64,000 bases of DNA from Anthoceros angustus (Eukaryota; Plantae; Anthocerotophyta), in the NCBI GenBank assembly GCA_010909165.1, contig MU008201.1, forward strand, positions 248,001-312,000. Direction: 5' to 3'. The notes beneath the pieces are model-generated. The model ran no database searches. It was not told the origin of the DNA and saw only the letters and a list, made by a program, of their open reading frames with translations. The translations under genes and the position numbers were made by a program. Shown one piece after another: positions 11,801-24,331 of the stretch (the stretch's first letter is position 1; every line of letters begins with the position of its first letter).

Positions 11801-12796
11801 TCCATCACAATTCCGTGCGAAAGACCATGCTGCACCGCGCGGACGCGGCATCGGAAGTGAGTCCCGCGCCCGAGGCCGCTCCTCTTTGGAAAGTTATCAG
11901 CCATACTTAAGCCAAGCACGAAAGAAAGGGGAAGGGGCGCGGTCGCGCTAAGGTCACAAACACAAACCAAAGGGAGGATAAGCAAAACCTTGAATTCGCA
12001 TCAACAGGGCAGGGCGTTGAGCAAATGAAGTTCTCATGGCGATGCTGATGTGCCAATCCACCTGCCTGCACTTCGAGGACACTCTGTTACATCTGCGTGC
12101 CCGGGACAAGCCCCATTGCCTACCGACCATGGAGCAGCCAAGGATCTGAGCGCGAGGTTATCGCGCACGACACATCACCGCGCGGTAGCGCCACGTTACC
12201 CATATCACTCATGGCATGCTGACATCCTTTCTCTCCCTCTCTCTTGTCTGCACTTGCGTAGGAGAGAGAAATTCTGCGTTTTTAGGAGACGGGAATGTGC
12301 GCAGCCCTGCAGCAAAGAGAGAGACCAAGTCAATAAAAAGCAGGAAATCAGCCTTGACGAAGAATCAACCTAATTGAAGTCGAAGCAAGGAGTGCGACGT
12401 TCTTCGTTGCGAGGCCCTCAGACTTCAGACTACGAGCAGTCCGTCTCTTCACAACAAGGCTGATGGTTTGCTTGAGGAGATTGGTTGCTTCGTCCCTGGA
12501 CAATGCAGATGGCTGGTTACCACTGCATTTCAGCAGGTGACATTTGGGAGGGAAAACATGCACTGCTGGGGTCGGTGGAAGAATGATGAGCTGCAGGGAG
12601 TCAGGCAGCGCACTGAACTGAACTGGTATGTCCTACCACCCTCATCATGTGACTGGTTACAGGATCGTATTCTTACCCGATTGCAATCGGTATGCCAGCA
12701 CAGATCTCTATTGAAGTTCTGACCTCAATGAGTTTTCTCCACATGCATGTTCCACCAGAGGAAAGGCTCTCCACAAGGAGATACTCTCACACCCGA

Positions 12797-14262
12797 ATGG
12801 CAGAGTTCGGCAGTGGGGCATGGAACTCCAAGTTGGTGGCCACATTATGCCTGTTGCTATCGCTGGTCCAGTCCAACTGTGCTGCATCCTCATGGTGCAC
12901 ACGTGCTTTCACCCCAGCAACATGTCCTGACCCTCCAACTTTCGACTCCATCGACCTGAAAGCCTACACCGGCGTCTGGTACGAGATAGGTAGCACTGCT
13001 CGCTTCAAGCTTTCCCAAGAAGGAGTAACCTGCGTGTCGGCCCACTACACCTTCACCAAGCCGGCAAATTCAACATCCGGCATCACCATCGGCGTAAAGA
13101 ACCGAGGAATTCAGGTAAAACCCTAGCTCATGCATTCTCCCAGTGACAAGTGCTCCCACTCACGATCAACGCAGGAAGAGATGCATACTTCACCAACAGA
13201 GCTGGTTCCACCCGTACGCAGGTCGTCGGCCCGCTTGCCAAGGCTGGCATATCTCAAATAGATCTCGCATCCGTCGGCGCTTGCAACGCAGCCAGGTCAA
13301 TTTGCTCTGAGCTAGGACCTACCGGCCAGATCTCAGCAGCGCTCTCCCAGGTAGAACTCTACCTCCCTCCACAAAACCCTGGCTCCTCCAGAACCATTCT
13401 ATGCCACGCCTGATCCGATTTCCTCATCTTGAATCCAATCCAGGTGAGAGCACTGACGAGGCATCTCCAACCAAGCTCCGTCCACACATTCACCGCAGCC
13501 ACATCCAAAATCCAGAACGCCGTGAGCAGCCTGGCCGTGGGACTGAACGACCTGGAATCCAAGATCCGTCAGATCCAACAGCGAGCCTCCAAGCTCCTGC
13601 AAGGGGCCGGAAAGAAGGCACTCCAGCTGCAGCGCCTCACGGCAACGGCCTCGCAGGTCAGGTCCCAGGCCCTGTCCCTGGAGAAGAGCGTGGAATCCAT
13701 CGACTCGGCCCGATCCCAGCTCATCTCCGCCGCGGAAGCCTTGCTCCCGAGCAACCCGTTCGCGGCCGGCAAGCTCACATCCGCCGCCGTCGCCATCGCC
13801 GCCGAGCAGAGAAGCATCTCGCGCAGCCTTGCCGACATCCAGGCGGAGACGGCGTTCGCCATCTCCGCCGGCAGCAAACTGGTATCCGCCGACGATACCC
13901 GGCCGCTCACCGAGGCGTTCGGATTGGGCGTGGGCGTGCAGGACCGCACCTCCCCGGGTAAGCTAACCTTATACTTCCCGCAACCCGGCCACAAGCAGGG
14001 GACGGGGCCGTACTGGATAGCAGCGGCGACGGGCGAGGCCGCGTCCGGCTACGACGCCGCCCTGGTAGTGAACTGCGAACCGGGTCCGTCGGGCACGGTG
14101 TCCAAGTCCGTGTTCGTACTGTCGCGCAAGACCAGTCTGCCCATGGCGGTGGTGAACAGCTTGCTCACCTTGGCCACAAACTACGGATTTGATTTCGATT
14201 GTGAGGACCCCTTTATCTTTACATCTCACGGAGGCAAATGGTGCGCCCAAGCCTCCTCGTGA
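12797..14262 (+). CDS. Secreted ApoD/Blc-like lipocalin with a large internal helical insertion; exons 12797-13114, 13222-13350, 13444-14262 (~421 aa)
   Basis: Signal-peptide-like N-terminus; SCR1 CPDPP...DLKAYTGVWYEI; TCVSAHY; GKLTLYF; PYWI...GYDAALVVNC; SCR3 VFVLSRKTSL; C-terminal Cys. Two phase-0 GT..AG introns join three ORFs in frame. Confidence 0.85.
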
Positions 14263-14593
14263 TGGGCTGACCACAAGTGTCCCCATTGTAAACTTGCTAA
14301 ACATCTGGATGACAAGCACGGAATGAAATAGTGGGACACATTTTTGCTAAGAATGTTTTTTCTTTCGTTTGTCAAGGCAATCTGTCTCATAGAGTGCTCG
14401 GGAATTTGCAAACACCGTTGAATAATTCAATATAAGGACATAAGAGTCTTCATCTATTCTAAAATTGTTCTAAAACTATTTATATAAAGGATGTTAAAAT
14501 ATTAAACTATATATAATATTAAATACAATAAAATTCTAGACTAGCAGCAATGTTCGAAAATTGTTGAATTTTATTTAATAAAAACCCCTATTT

Positions 14594-17500
14594 CACTATT
14601 AAGAACATATTGGAGGACGACATTACGTTTGCATAACAAGATTCTATAAGATAGATCGCCTCTACCTTTTGCCTTCTTGTAGACCGACATTACGTCTATT
14701 CTTTCTTTTGTTTCTACGGGTGACTTGGATGCGGAGTAGCCGGCTTTAGCTAATAGTTTAAACTAAAAGGGAACTAAAACGAGAAGACAATCCTAGCCTA
14801 TCCAGCTATGTGAACTATGTTGAGTGGGTTCCTGAAATGCGCCTGCAATCGTGTGTAGAGGAGCAACAAGCGAAAGGCATTGGGTAATCTATGTAGCCTG
14901 CACAACGTTGATTCCAACATCATGAGTGTCGCTTGCATTAGGGTCACCACCCATGGAGTTGTGAATGGCCTTGCTGGGGTCAGTGTACCTGAACATGCTC
15001 ATGCAAAAGAAGGGGGGTATCCTCGCTTAAGCTAGATGTTCACAAGCTTGAAGCCGGGTAGTGAGATTCTGCAACGCCTTCTTGACCTAAAAGCTTTCAA
15101 ACAAACCTTTGAGCACAAGCAGGAAACGATGTACTCATCCACCTTTCTACGTGGTGAAGGGTGCAAAGGGACTTCCAGTACTCTCGAAGGACGTCTACAT
15201 AGATCTCCCATCACAATCCGTGACGAGGAGCTCCACTGCATGCTTCCAAGCTCGGGATTGCATTCTCCACCTACCTCCATCAAGGTAGATTCATTGGCCG
15301 TCGAACGCATCACTTGAACCAAGCACCCATCACAATCAATTGCTGGGACTTTTGTTCACCTCGTCATGCAGTGGGCCATATGGTCTTGAGCTTCTTCGTG
15401 TGTCCTGAGGTGGATCCAAAGGCCATAATAATGATGGGCCTGCCTCAAACACAGTGCAAGATGGACTCTTTAATCTTTTGCTCAATCTCGTCACCGGGGA
15501 CTTACTCAACTCAATTGTCCTTGGCGGCTTTAGTTTCCCATTTTATTGAGAAATACGATTTGGTTTAGTTGGGTGCCTCAATGTATTGACAGCATTTTGC
15601 TAGCGCTTGACCAACCTGAGAGCAGCCCAATCAAAGCCTCTTATCTATAAGGCGTCCGGACAAATGTCAATGATGAATGCTTGCAGTCAAATCGCGGAGC
15701 ATACAAGTAATAAATTTGGATGTCCACTTCTGAATCGATCTACAAGCCGTCAAGATTGAGCTCAAGAATGGCTACTTTGACGTTGATCGTTCTCATGGTA
15801 AATGTAGCACGATGTGCGGTCTGGATGTTGGGCTATACCTAGAACCCAGATACAGTTACAAACTAAACTACAGCTTGCAAATTAATGGATATTTACTCAT
15901 ATATACCTAGTATATACGATAACTAAGGGGGTCACTATGTACAAGTGAATTATCTAAATACTAAACTATTATAGCTGAGTATGTTAAACGAGGCCCATTC
16001 GATGGTACGTTTGCCATTCCATCGGTTATGGGACAAGGAAGAAATACATGTCCGCCGTATGCAGATAGATATTCGGTATAAAGATGCCTTCAAGACTTAA
16101 TAATGCAATATAGAATCGTGAAGTACTATTTACTTAGCAACATAATACAAATTGTATTGCTAAACAAAACTGTTTTAAGATTGTGTCCCCTTCATTCATG
16201 ATACTATCGTGCAATTGGCGGGCTTTAGGATGGTTACAATTTTCAGACTATCATCCTTGTAAGTAATGAGAACCCATTCTAGTATCAATTTCTTTGGTTG
16301 TTCAATGGGTTCACTGGGCAACTTAGCCAGCTAAACGGATGCATATGGAAATTAGGACAACAAGAAAATAACTTCTCTTTCGAGAAAACGTGTAACATCT
16401 TTCGCACACAATAGTGCATGAGATGTGTAGGCATCTGCTACTCAGCTAAAAATGAATTCAACAACATTGGAATATAGTTGAATAAATTGTAATTGCAACA
16501 CACACAAAAACTTCATTCCAAGACACAGCATCTTCACGCCCACCATCTCGCCTTTACTTCCGCTTTAGCTGATGATGACACCTTCAACGGTTTCAATCAC
16601 ACTACAGGAGCGAAGTTAGGGCTACGCCGCGTCATCACACTACGGAGACTATGTATATCCAATTTATCACTAATTGCATATCTACCATAAGCAGGTTCCA
16701 TGTATGTAACCTAACTACTATATTATCATAGTCACTCTGCTCATTCATGCTTTTTTACAGTTACATAAAACCTTGAATCAGTCCATGTTTGTGACAATAC
16801 TTTGCAAGACCTTCAGCTTGTACAACTAACAACCAAATGTTTTGATTTATAATCTGATTAGTTACCTTCAATTTGAGGAGCATGAACAACTTGAAAGATA
16901 ATATACACTTTAGATGTGGAAGCAATACACATATACAGCAATACTGTAGAATTAAGAAGGGAATAAGATGTAGATTTGGTAGTAGACAACGACATGTTAA
17001 AAAGGTTCATTGAAAAAACAATCATAGTATCAAACCTACTAGTGTCAAACAATTCCTCGAACTCGCCATTCCATCGGCTCTAGATTTGGCTCAAATCAGA
17101 ACGTCATCATCTTACGTCGTTGATCATCTCACGTTGTTGTCAAATGAAGAATCATCATCATCATTTTGCATTGTGCTTGAATTTTCATGATTGCCGGACC
17201 TATTCAAACTACATGCTTAATTCTCCTAGAATCCTGCTCGCTTGCCTAATTGCTCTTCAAACGAGCTACGATGGCGCCCACAAATTTGGCCACCGATGAT
17301 GGTTCAGGGTATTGGTTTGTGGATAACATTGAATCTCGAAGCAGCTAACCACATTGGCCAAGAGCAGAATGAGGAAGCTGTACTAGAGGAGCTCCACGTG
17401 CACGGAGAAGATTCGGAGGAGCAAAACGAGGACGATTTGGAGGAGTAGAAAGAGGACGATTTGGAGAAGCAAAACGAGGACGATTTGGAAGGAAGATGGA

Positions 17501-19434
17501 GAGCTGGTTTTAAAGAAGTTGAAGACAAGTTCGAGCAATGGAGTATAGGTCGGGCCAGTCACTTGTTCTTGGAAGCGAGGTGCAAACTACATTGGTAGCA
17601 ATCCATCCTATTAAGACGATGTTAGACTATGTGGTAGATCGTATGGGGCGGGGAGCTGTCTTTTCTACAATGGGGAGACCGGAGGAGAATCTAGCATAAA
17701 CCATCGAAGTGGAGAAGATTGAAAAAATGGAAAATAATGATTCTGATACTGCCTTCGGTGGTGCAGAATACGACACTTGGAAAGAAGCCTGTACTCGAAT
17801 ACGAAGATTAGCAACAACAAAGTTGGATGTGCACGGGGCATGGAACGCTCACAGTTTGGAGCGAAGATGCGAGTTAATAAATGTGATTGCCTCAGAATTT
17901 CCCACCGTGATTAACAAGTCTTTGATCAGGGAAAGGTTTTCTTCTCAATTCATGCGCAGCAGGCATAAGGCCTTGAACAAGGCCATGGAGCTTTAGGCCA
18001 TGACGATTGTGACCACTGGAAGACGAGCCAAAGGATAAGAAAGCTAATATACCTTGTCAGGCAGAGCCAGCATTTTTTGACAAAAGCATGAAAGCAGAAG
18101 TTGCAATTCTAAGGAGAAAAAATGCTAGAGAAAATATTGAAATCAAACAGCAAAAGTACACTGCTTCCGCTCGGAGCAAGGGGAGTAGTAATTCTCTTGG
18201 GCGGGGTGGCGAGAGGCGTCTACGAAGTTCCTTCAAGAAGAAATGGGGAAAGAGTCCAACGTGGGCAGAACTAGCATATGCAGCAAAGCATGGTCTTAGT
18301 AACATGGGCGATTTCTTAACTACACATATGAATCCTGCTAATATGGTACTCGATGGAGAAACATTAGAAGCAGAGACTGTGGACATGGAACATATCCGTG
18401 CAAATGGTGCCTGTCAATCTGGTAGCTATAGAACCGAAAGCTGTGGCATTGGAAGCAGAGCAATCAGAAAATGTGGCAGGCCCATCTTCTAATACAAGAC
18501 CATGCGAGGCATGTACAAAGCAACAGCCTGTAGTTGCTGCCTCTGTTAAGAGGAAGAGGAAGGTGGCCACAAAAACACCTAACAAGAAACAAAAGCTGGG
18601 CACTTTATGCCCATTCCCAATAGGTATCACTAAGTATTAGATCACACAGATATCTGCGCCCTTTGTAGATGCCAGCATCACCTGAACATGTAACAGAATG
18701 AACTCTACTGGAAATGTAAAATGTATCTGGACTATGTCTTGCTGTACTCGCACACTGTGATTGTGAGGAAGGTGTCAATGCTATCCGTGTGGTGTCTGTG
18801 CTGCTGAAAAGTGAATTCGCTCAATAAAGGTGGCCTTGTCGGAGTCGAGGTACTCCGAAATGCCAATGCTGCCAATTCTCGAATGCATGTGAGGAAGGGT
18901 GCACACAAGTTAACCATTCAATATGTTTAATGTGGTGGATTCCTTGCAGAAACTTGAGCTGGGCACATGCTTCCACTTTCCTGTAGACAAACATGAACAG
19001 AATTTCAGCAACCTGCCATCCGAGGAGATATTTGATCCGGTTTTCTGCATCGGCTTCTTCTTCGTCTCCTTCCCCTGCTGCTGTTGGTCCTGCTGAGGCT
19101 GCCAGAAGCCTGGTGTCCAAGGTATGAAGAGTTCGAAGTAGAGCTAGCTCAAACAGCTGGTGTCCTTAGATGAATGTTGGAGCTCGCATTTTTACCTACA
19201 AGTCCTCCCTTCTATTGCTAGCTTCATGGACACAACTAGGTGCATAATTTATATAGATTTAGTGAATGTACAGAATTTATATAGATTTCAAAGTATACAT
19301 CCAATCCCGTACTGGTGATCTAGAGTAATCCCGTAGGACACTAACAATTGGTGGCCCCACTTTGACTATTGTCGTAAAAGTTACCTCGGCCGATTTGTTT
19401 GTCTCTTTTATACTCGATGCTTTTCAAAATAGTG
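14594..19434. mobile_element. Possible highly degenerate CACTA/EnSpm-like element
   Basis: CACTATT at 14594 and AATAGTG ending at 19434; repeated CGACATTACGT near the left end; broken + strand ORF (17700-18330) with KNARENIEIK...LGRGG...KWGKSPTWAEL, resembling TnpA/Transposase_24. The flanking 3-mers (TTT vs TCC) do not form a TSD. Confidence 0.35.
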
Positions 19435-19998
19435 TCCTTTCCGCTTTGGCTGCCTGGAGAGTGTTTGTGAGAAAGCCAAAAGGTGCTCAAATAATGAAGG
19501 CAAACTTAAAGCCAATGTGTGTGCTTTCACTGTAAATACAAAGTCGCATAGGCTTTCAAACTATTGTGTGATAGAGACATATTGGGAACTCTAGAATATC
19601 CCAAAGTCTTTATTTTTTCATAAAAATAATTCAAAATTAGTGGCACAAGGATTTTACTTGGCTGGACGGATTTGGAGATATTTTGATGAATCATTAAATT
19701 ATTAACTTGTTTGATCACTAGTTTGGTTCCGGTTTAACAGTAGTTGTTTGTTTTTGTTTGGTCCTTGGACGATTGCACTCTTGCGAGGACAACACGCCGT
19801 TGTATCATACGCAAGATTAGGGCATCGGGCCAAGGGCAAAAGCAAAGTGCGTAAACATTTCGGTTCCTTCCGCTCTCACGGTGTACATATGTCGTGTGGC
19901 TCCATCGATGCCTCACACCTGGCACTAGCCTGAATTCGCACGCGCTCTGAGATTTCCTCGATTTACATGGCTTACCTGTCCCCTGTGTCTGTAACTGT

Positions 19999-20421
19999 GT
20001 GCCGTGGAGGTGGCTGATTGTAATTCGGTTCCTCAATCCCACCAGGACCTGCCACCTGTTTTCTTCCTCCTTGGGGCATCTTGAATTTGCGTGTCCTACC
20101 CTGGCGCCAGCGGCTCTGCCTCTTCCTGACCAGCACTCCTGCTTCATGAATCATGATCAACCAGTTCCATACGAATGTCCAGTGGATTGTCCACAGAGTA
20201 GCTTGTGTGTGTGGCCGGGCCGCCGGTCGTCAGTCCCCAAAAGGCAAGACGACGGCATTGAATTAGAAAACAGTCGGAGGCAACGAAGGATGGTAGATGG
20301 TGATTTTTCGAACTGGCTGTCGGAACCACACAGTTCAGAGTACAGATTTGTCGTATCCGATGGTGGGCTGTTCTGCATCTTTGCAGTGACGGCGACGCCA
20401 CACCCTGACAGGCAGCACTAG
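19999..20421 (+). pseudogene. Possible F-box/kelch-type gene fragment
   Basis: Only the motif RFVVSDGGLFCI, typical of the first propeller blade in plant F-box proteins; no intact F-box seen. Confidence 0.3.
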
Positions 20422-21565
20422 GGCTAGGGCATGGCTCCCTGCTCCAGGATGTACTGCACATGCCAGGCGCCCACATTGATGAATATGTACCACTACATAT
20501 ATCCCTGCAGGCTGTAGAGAGATAATAGCCACCTCAAAAATCTGATAACGCCCAGATTGCACCAGATTGCAAGCCCTGAAAAGCAAATGTTGACGCCAGT
20601 CAAGCCGGAAATGCGGAACTCAAGCCAAGTGAAGGCCGGAATGCTGGAATACAGGCCACCAGGCCCTCTGACACCAGGCGCACCGAAAGCGTGGTGGAAT
20701 GCCCATCGTTCACCAGCCTCCGGTACGGACAGCTGTTCAGACAGAGATGTACAGTAGGGTGAGTGCTTTGCTGCATTGTACTGTTTCTACTTGCGTGCGC
20801 ATTGTCCAGGCTCCAGCTGATCACAGTCTGACCTATTCCTGCGTAACTGGCCAAATTAGGGTGACGGCTGTTTCTGTCTCCTAGGCTCTCCTGGGGAACT
20901 GCACACTTGGAAGCCAGTCGGGGTGAACAGGTGTCTCTCTGCCGTCCAGTGTCGGCATTTCCTGGACCCCAGATTTGCGTTCTAGCAAGCGCCCACCGAC
21001 GGTGGGGTCCCACAGCAGCAGAGGGATATGCGGAAGTGGAAGGAGTAGGGCTGCTGGATGACATATGTTCCTGGTGGCGGTGAACATGGCAGGAGACGGA
21101 TAAGACAAGAGATCTTTTATTCGCATTACCAGCCCTGGTGCGTGTCCTTGAATGCATTGGTACCATTCACATGATTTTGAAGGTACTTTGGGCTTGAACA
21201 TTGGAGTATTTCAAACGCTACAGAGCTTCAGAGTTTGACAATGTGCTTGATTCAAGGGATATTCTACTTGCAGACTGCTGAATCCTGATAACAGAGATGG
21301 GCTGATTAGAAGATGAGCCAGTGGCGGGTTTTTAGAGGTGCCTGGCTGAAGGAGATTTATCTACATAGCTAGAGAACAGCACAGCGAGGTGCCGGAAGTG
21401 GCATGCCTTCCCGCTGCTAAATGCACCAAGCCAGATACAAACTACATAACATTGCCTGGCAGTGGCACAGCAAGTTGCAGGCACAGGCACATTAATGCAA
21501 TCCTGCTGGAAGCACCAGCACCAGCAATACCAAGCAAAACTAGCTACAATGACAAATGTACGAAT

Positions 21566-22714
21566 CTAGCGACGGCAGACGAGGCCCTGGTTGCTCTCCG
21601 TGTTGCAGGAGATCTGGGGGAGGCTGCCAAGGTGCTCGGCAGAGGAGATGCCGTTGAACCTGGTGGCAGCGCAGTCAGGAGCCATGAGATGGGATGAGGA
21701 GAACAATCCCTCGTGGTGGAGAGTCCTCATGCTCTGGCCTGGCTTCAGCTCTGTTGTGTGGGTGAAGTCGGGGCGGTAGGTTTGGCCGAGCACGCCGTTC
21801 ACGCTCGGGGAGAGGGAGTGGAAGTTGAAGCTGAGCTCCAGATGGGCGAAGCAGTTGTCGGCGGTGATGCCGTAGTTGTGCTTGATGTTCTCCTCCTGGG
21901 TCACTGGCACCACATGCACCTGGAGAGTGAACTGGTTCTCCACCTCCACTGTGAGGAAATTGGTGGCCTCGGTCCTGCTGATCCTCACCCCGTCGTAGGG
22001 AGCAGCCCAGACCGACCCTGTGCCGGGTGGAAGAACAATGGGGCTGGCATCGAAGCCCAAGGTGAAATGGTCCACTTCGTTGTCAAAGCTGGCAACCTGC
22101 ACGCCACAACCCTTTCTGGTCATTGCTGCAGATCAGGAGCTCAAAATTTGAAAGATGAGCCAGGAAACAAATGAACGCAAAGATGGCCGATTCCCTCTCA
22201 CAGAGTTGTTAGCTCACCACATCGGCACCAATGTAAAGCTGGTGATCGCCGAAGAGGATACCCAAGGACTGCACCCAGGTGAAGTCCCGGTGCATCCCCT
22301 CGTTCCTCCTCCCGATGAAGTGGGCATTGATGTGGAGGTTGTTATCGGACACCAGGCAGAAATCCGCGTCCTTGTGACCGTGGAAGTAGAAAGCCACACC
22401 ATCTCCTCCGACCAGGGCGGGATCTCCACACACACCTCCATACTTATAACACTCTGCAATGCACCGCAACCTTAACAGTCAGCATCACGACGCAGTGCGA
22501 AACGAGGTCCACAATCTCCACAACACCCACAGAACTCTCCAATGCTCCATCACGGCATCAACATCCACCGCAACCACAACAGAAAACCCAACAAAACCCA
22601 CAAATGAACCGGAAGCAACAACACCAACTCAGCCGTACTTTTCCATGCCGCGACCCCCTGCAGAGCAGAGAGGACCAGAAGCGCGGAAGCAAGCAGAGCA
22701 GATCCGGAGGCCAT
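21566..22714 (-). CDS. Root-cap / LEA-related secreted protein, paralog 1; exons 22714-22639, 22453-22218, 22096-21566
   Basis: Signal peptide MASGSALLASALLVLSALQGVAA; CGDPALVGGDGVAFYFHGHKDADFCLVSD..LHINAHFIG; Root_cap motif NCFAHLEL.F.FHSLS..V.GVLGQTYRPD. Canonical phase-1 and phase-0 introns shared with paralog 2. Confidence 0.9.
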
Positions 22715-24331
22715 GGCACACGAGCTCCGAAGACGCAGCTGCCCGAGGAAGCAGGGTGAGGGACAGGGAGGACCGGTGTGCTTCCTAGAGGCGCTGGTAC
22801 TGCAATGTGGCAATGCCTCCGACTATAAACGAGGCGGCAAGTGGATTGTACAAGACAGCTGGAGGCCTCTGCCGAAGACTTGCAGAGCAGCTCCACAGCG
22901 CTTGGCTCACGATTGCTGCTCGTTCTCGGGCAGCACAGAGCAGGGGTCAATCGGAGAGAGCATTAAAAATTATCCTCCATTCTTTCATCATGGAGATCGT
23001 ACGACGCGGATGGCACGCTCGACTAATGGCGAGCAACAGGATTTTCAGCAAGAGAGCTGGTGCCCGACATGGTATGTACATGCTTCTGCCTTCTGCCAGC
23101 ATGTGATGCGTCATAAATTATTGACGACGTTGAAGAGACCACGAGACAAGTGCCCACCTCTCAATCGTTGGTACCACTCGTGATACGTCACGGGTCGTCA
23201 CAGCCCAGTTGTCAGGGACATCAACCATACACTATTGTATGCACTCAGGGTAACAAGGATGTTCAAACTCATACAAGTAACAAAGACACGCTGCACGACC
23301 TAAGCTTTTGGAGCTTCTTTTCATTCCTCACCGTCTGTTCCTGTTTCTGCGGAGGTTGGGATGAGATCAACCTCTTTGAAGTTAGCAAGTAAAGAATTAT
23401 TTTGTGAAAATAATAGAAATGGTTTATAATATCTGAGGACTGAGGACAGACAACTGCTGAAACATTACAGAATGGTCAAGTTTCTACAAACACCTTGCCC
23501 ACTCTCCATTGAATCACATGAAAAGATTCCCCCCATTCAGATCTGGACACCGCCTTATCCGTATATGTAGACGACACACCTATGATATGGAGGTGAAACC
23601 GTTGCGTTTTTGCTTTGGGATCAACACGAATGGGCGAGCCAACAACAGGCAAAAGACGAGGAAGGTGGGGCGGGGTTCGCGATATGTGAAGCTGAAAGCC
23701 ACGTTTTTGTCCTTCAAAGTGCGAAACATAAAAGAATGCAGGGGTGGATGAAGTTTAGCACGTGCCACCCATCCTCGAGAGTTGAGAATCGAGAGGTGGT
23801 CTGCCCAAGCTACCAAACTCCTGGACCGAGCACTGTCGTTTGCCAGCCTTATGTTGTCTTGGGCCTGCGTCGTTTGGCCTGCACTTGTGTGAAAGGGAAC
23901 TGGAACAGGAAGGTTCCGGACCCACAAAATCGACAAGAATCCTGAAAGCAGCCGGCCGGTTTCAAACAAAACGATTATTTATTGCATGTTCTTCCCACTT
24001 GTTCTTCGAACAGCAGGGGAGGAGTGGTTGGAGAAACCATAGACTACTGCTACTCCTTGCAGTCATCAACATGCCAGTCTTCCTGTTTACACTAATTGAG
24101 ACACTTCACCATAACAAGACAACATGCCGGGATGAGCCATCTGGGCGTTCTTAGAACTGCCATCATGATGTACGAGGGAAACTGAGCTTGAAGGAAGGCG
24201 TAGCATTCCCAGATGTAGTCGTCATCGGGGCATGACTTCCTCCATACTGCTGCGGCTAAGGTGTGATTCTGCCCACATTCTGGAACATTTTATGGGGACT
24301 GGGTGGGGGAAGCGAAGAAGATGGGAACATT

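Noticed and set aside
12215-12330. Possible miRNA hairpin (CT-rich and GA-rich arms)
   Set aside because: Pairing comes from simple CT/GA tracts and no conserved plant miRNA sequence is recognisable.
18821-19120. 99-aa ORF with an acidic patch
   Set aside because: Non-ATG start and no recognisable motif; cannot be supported as a gene.
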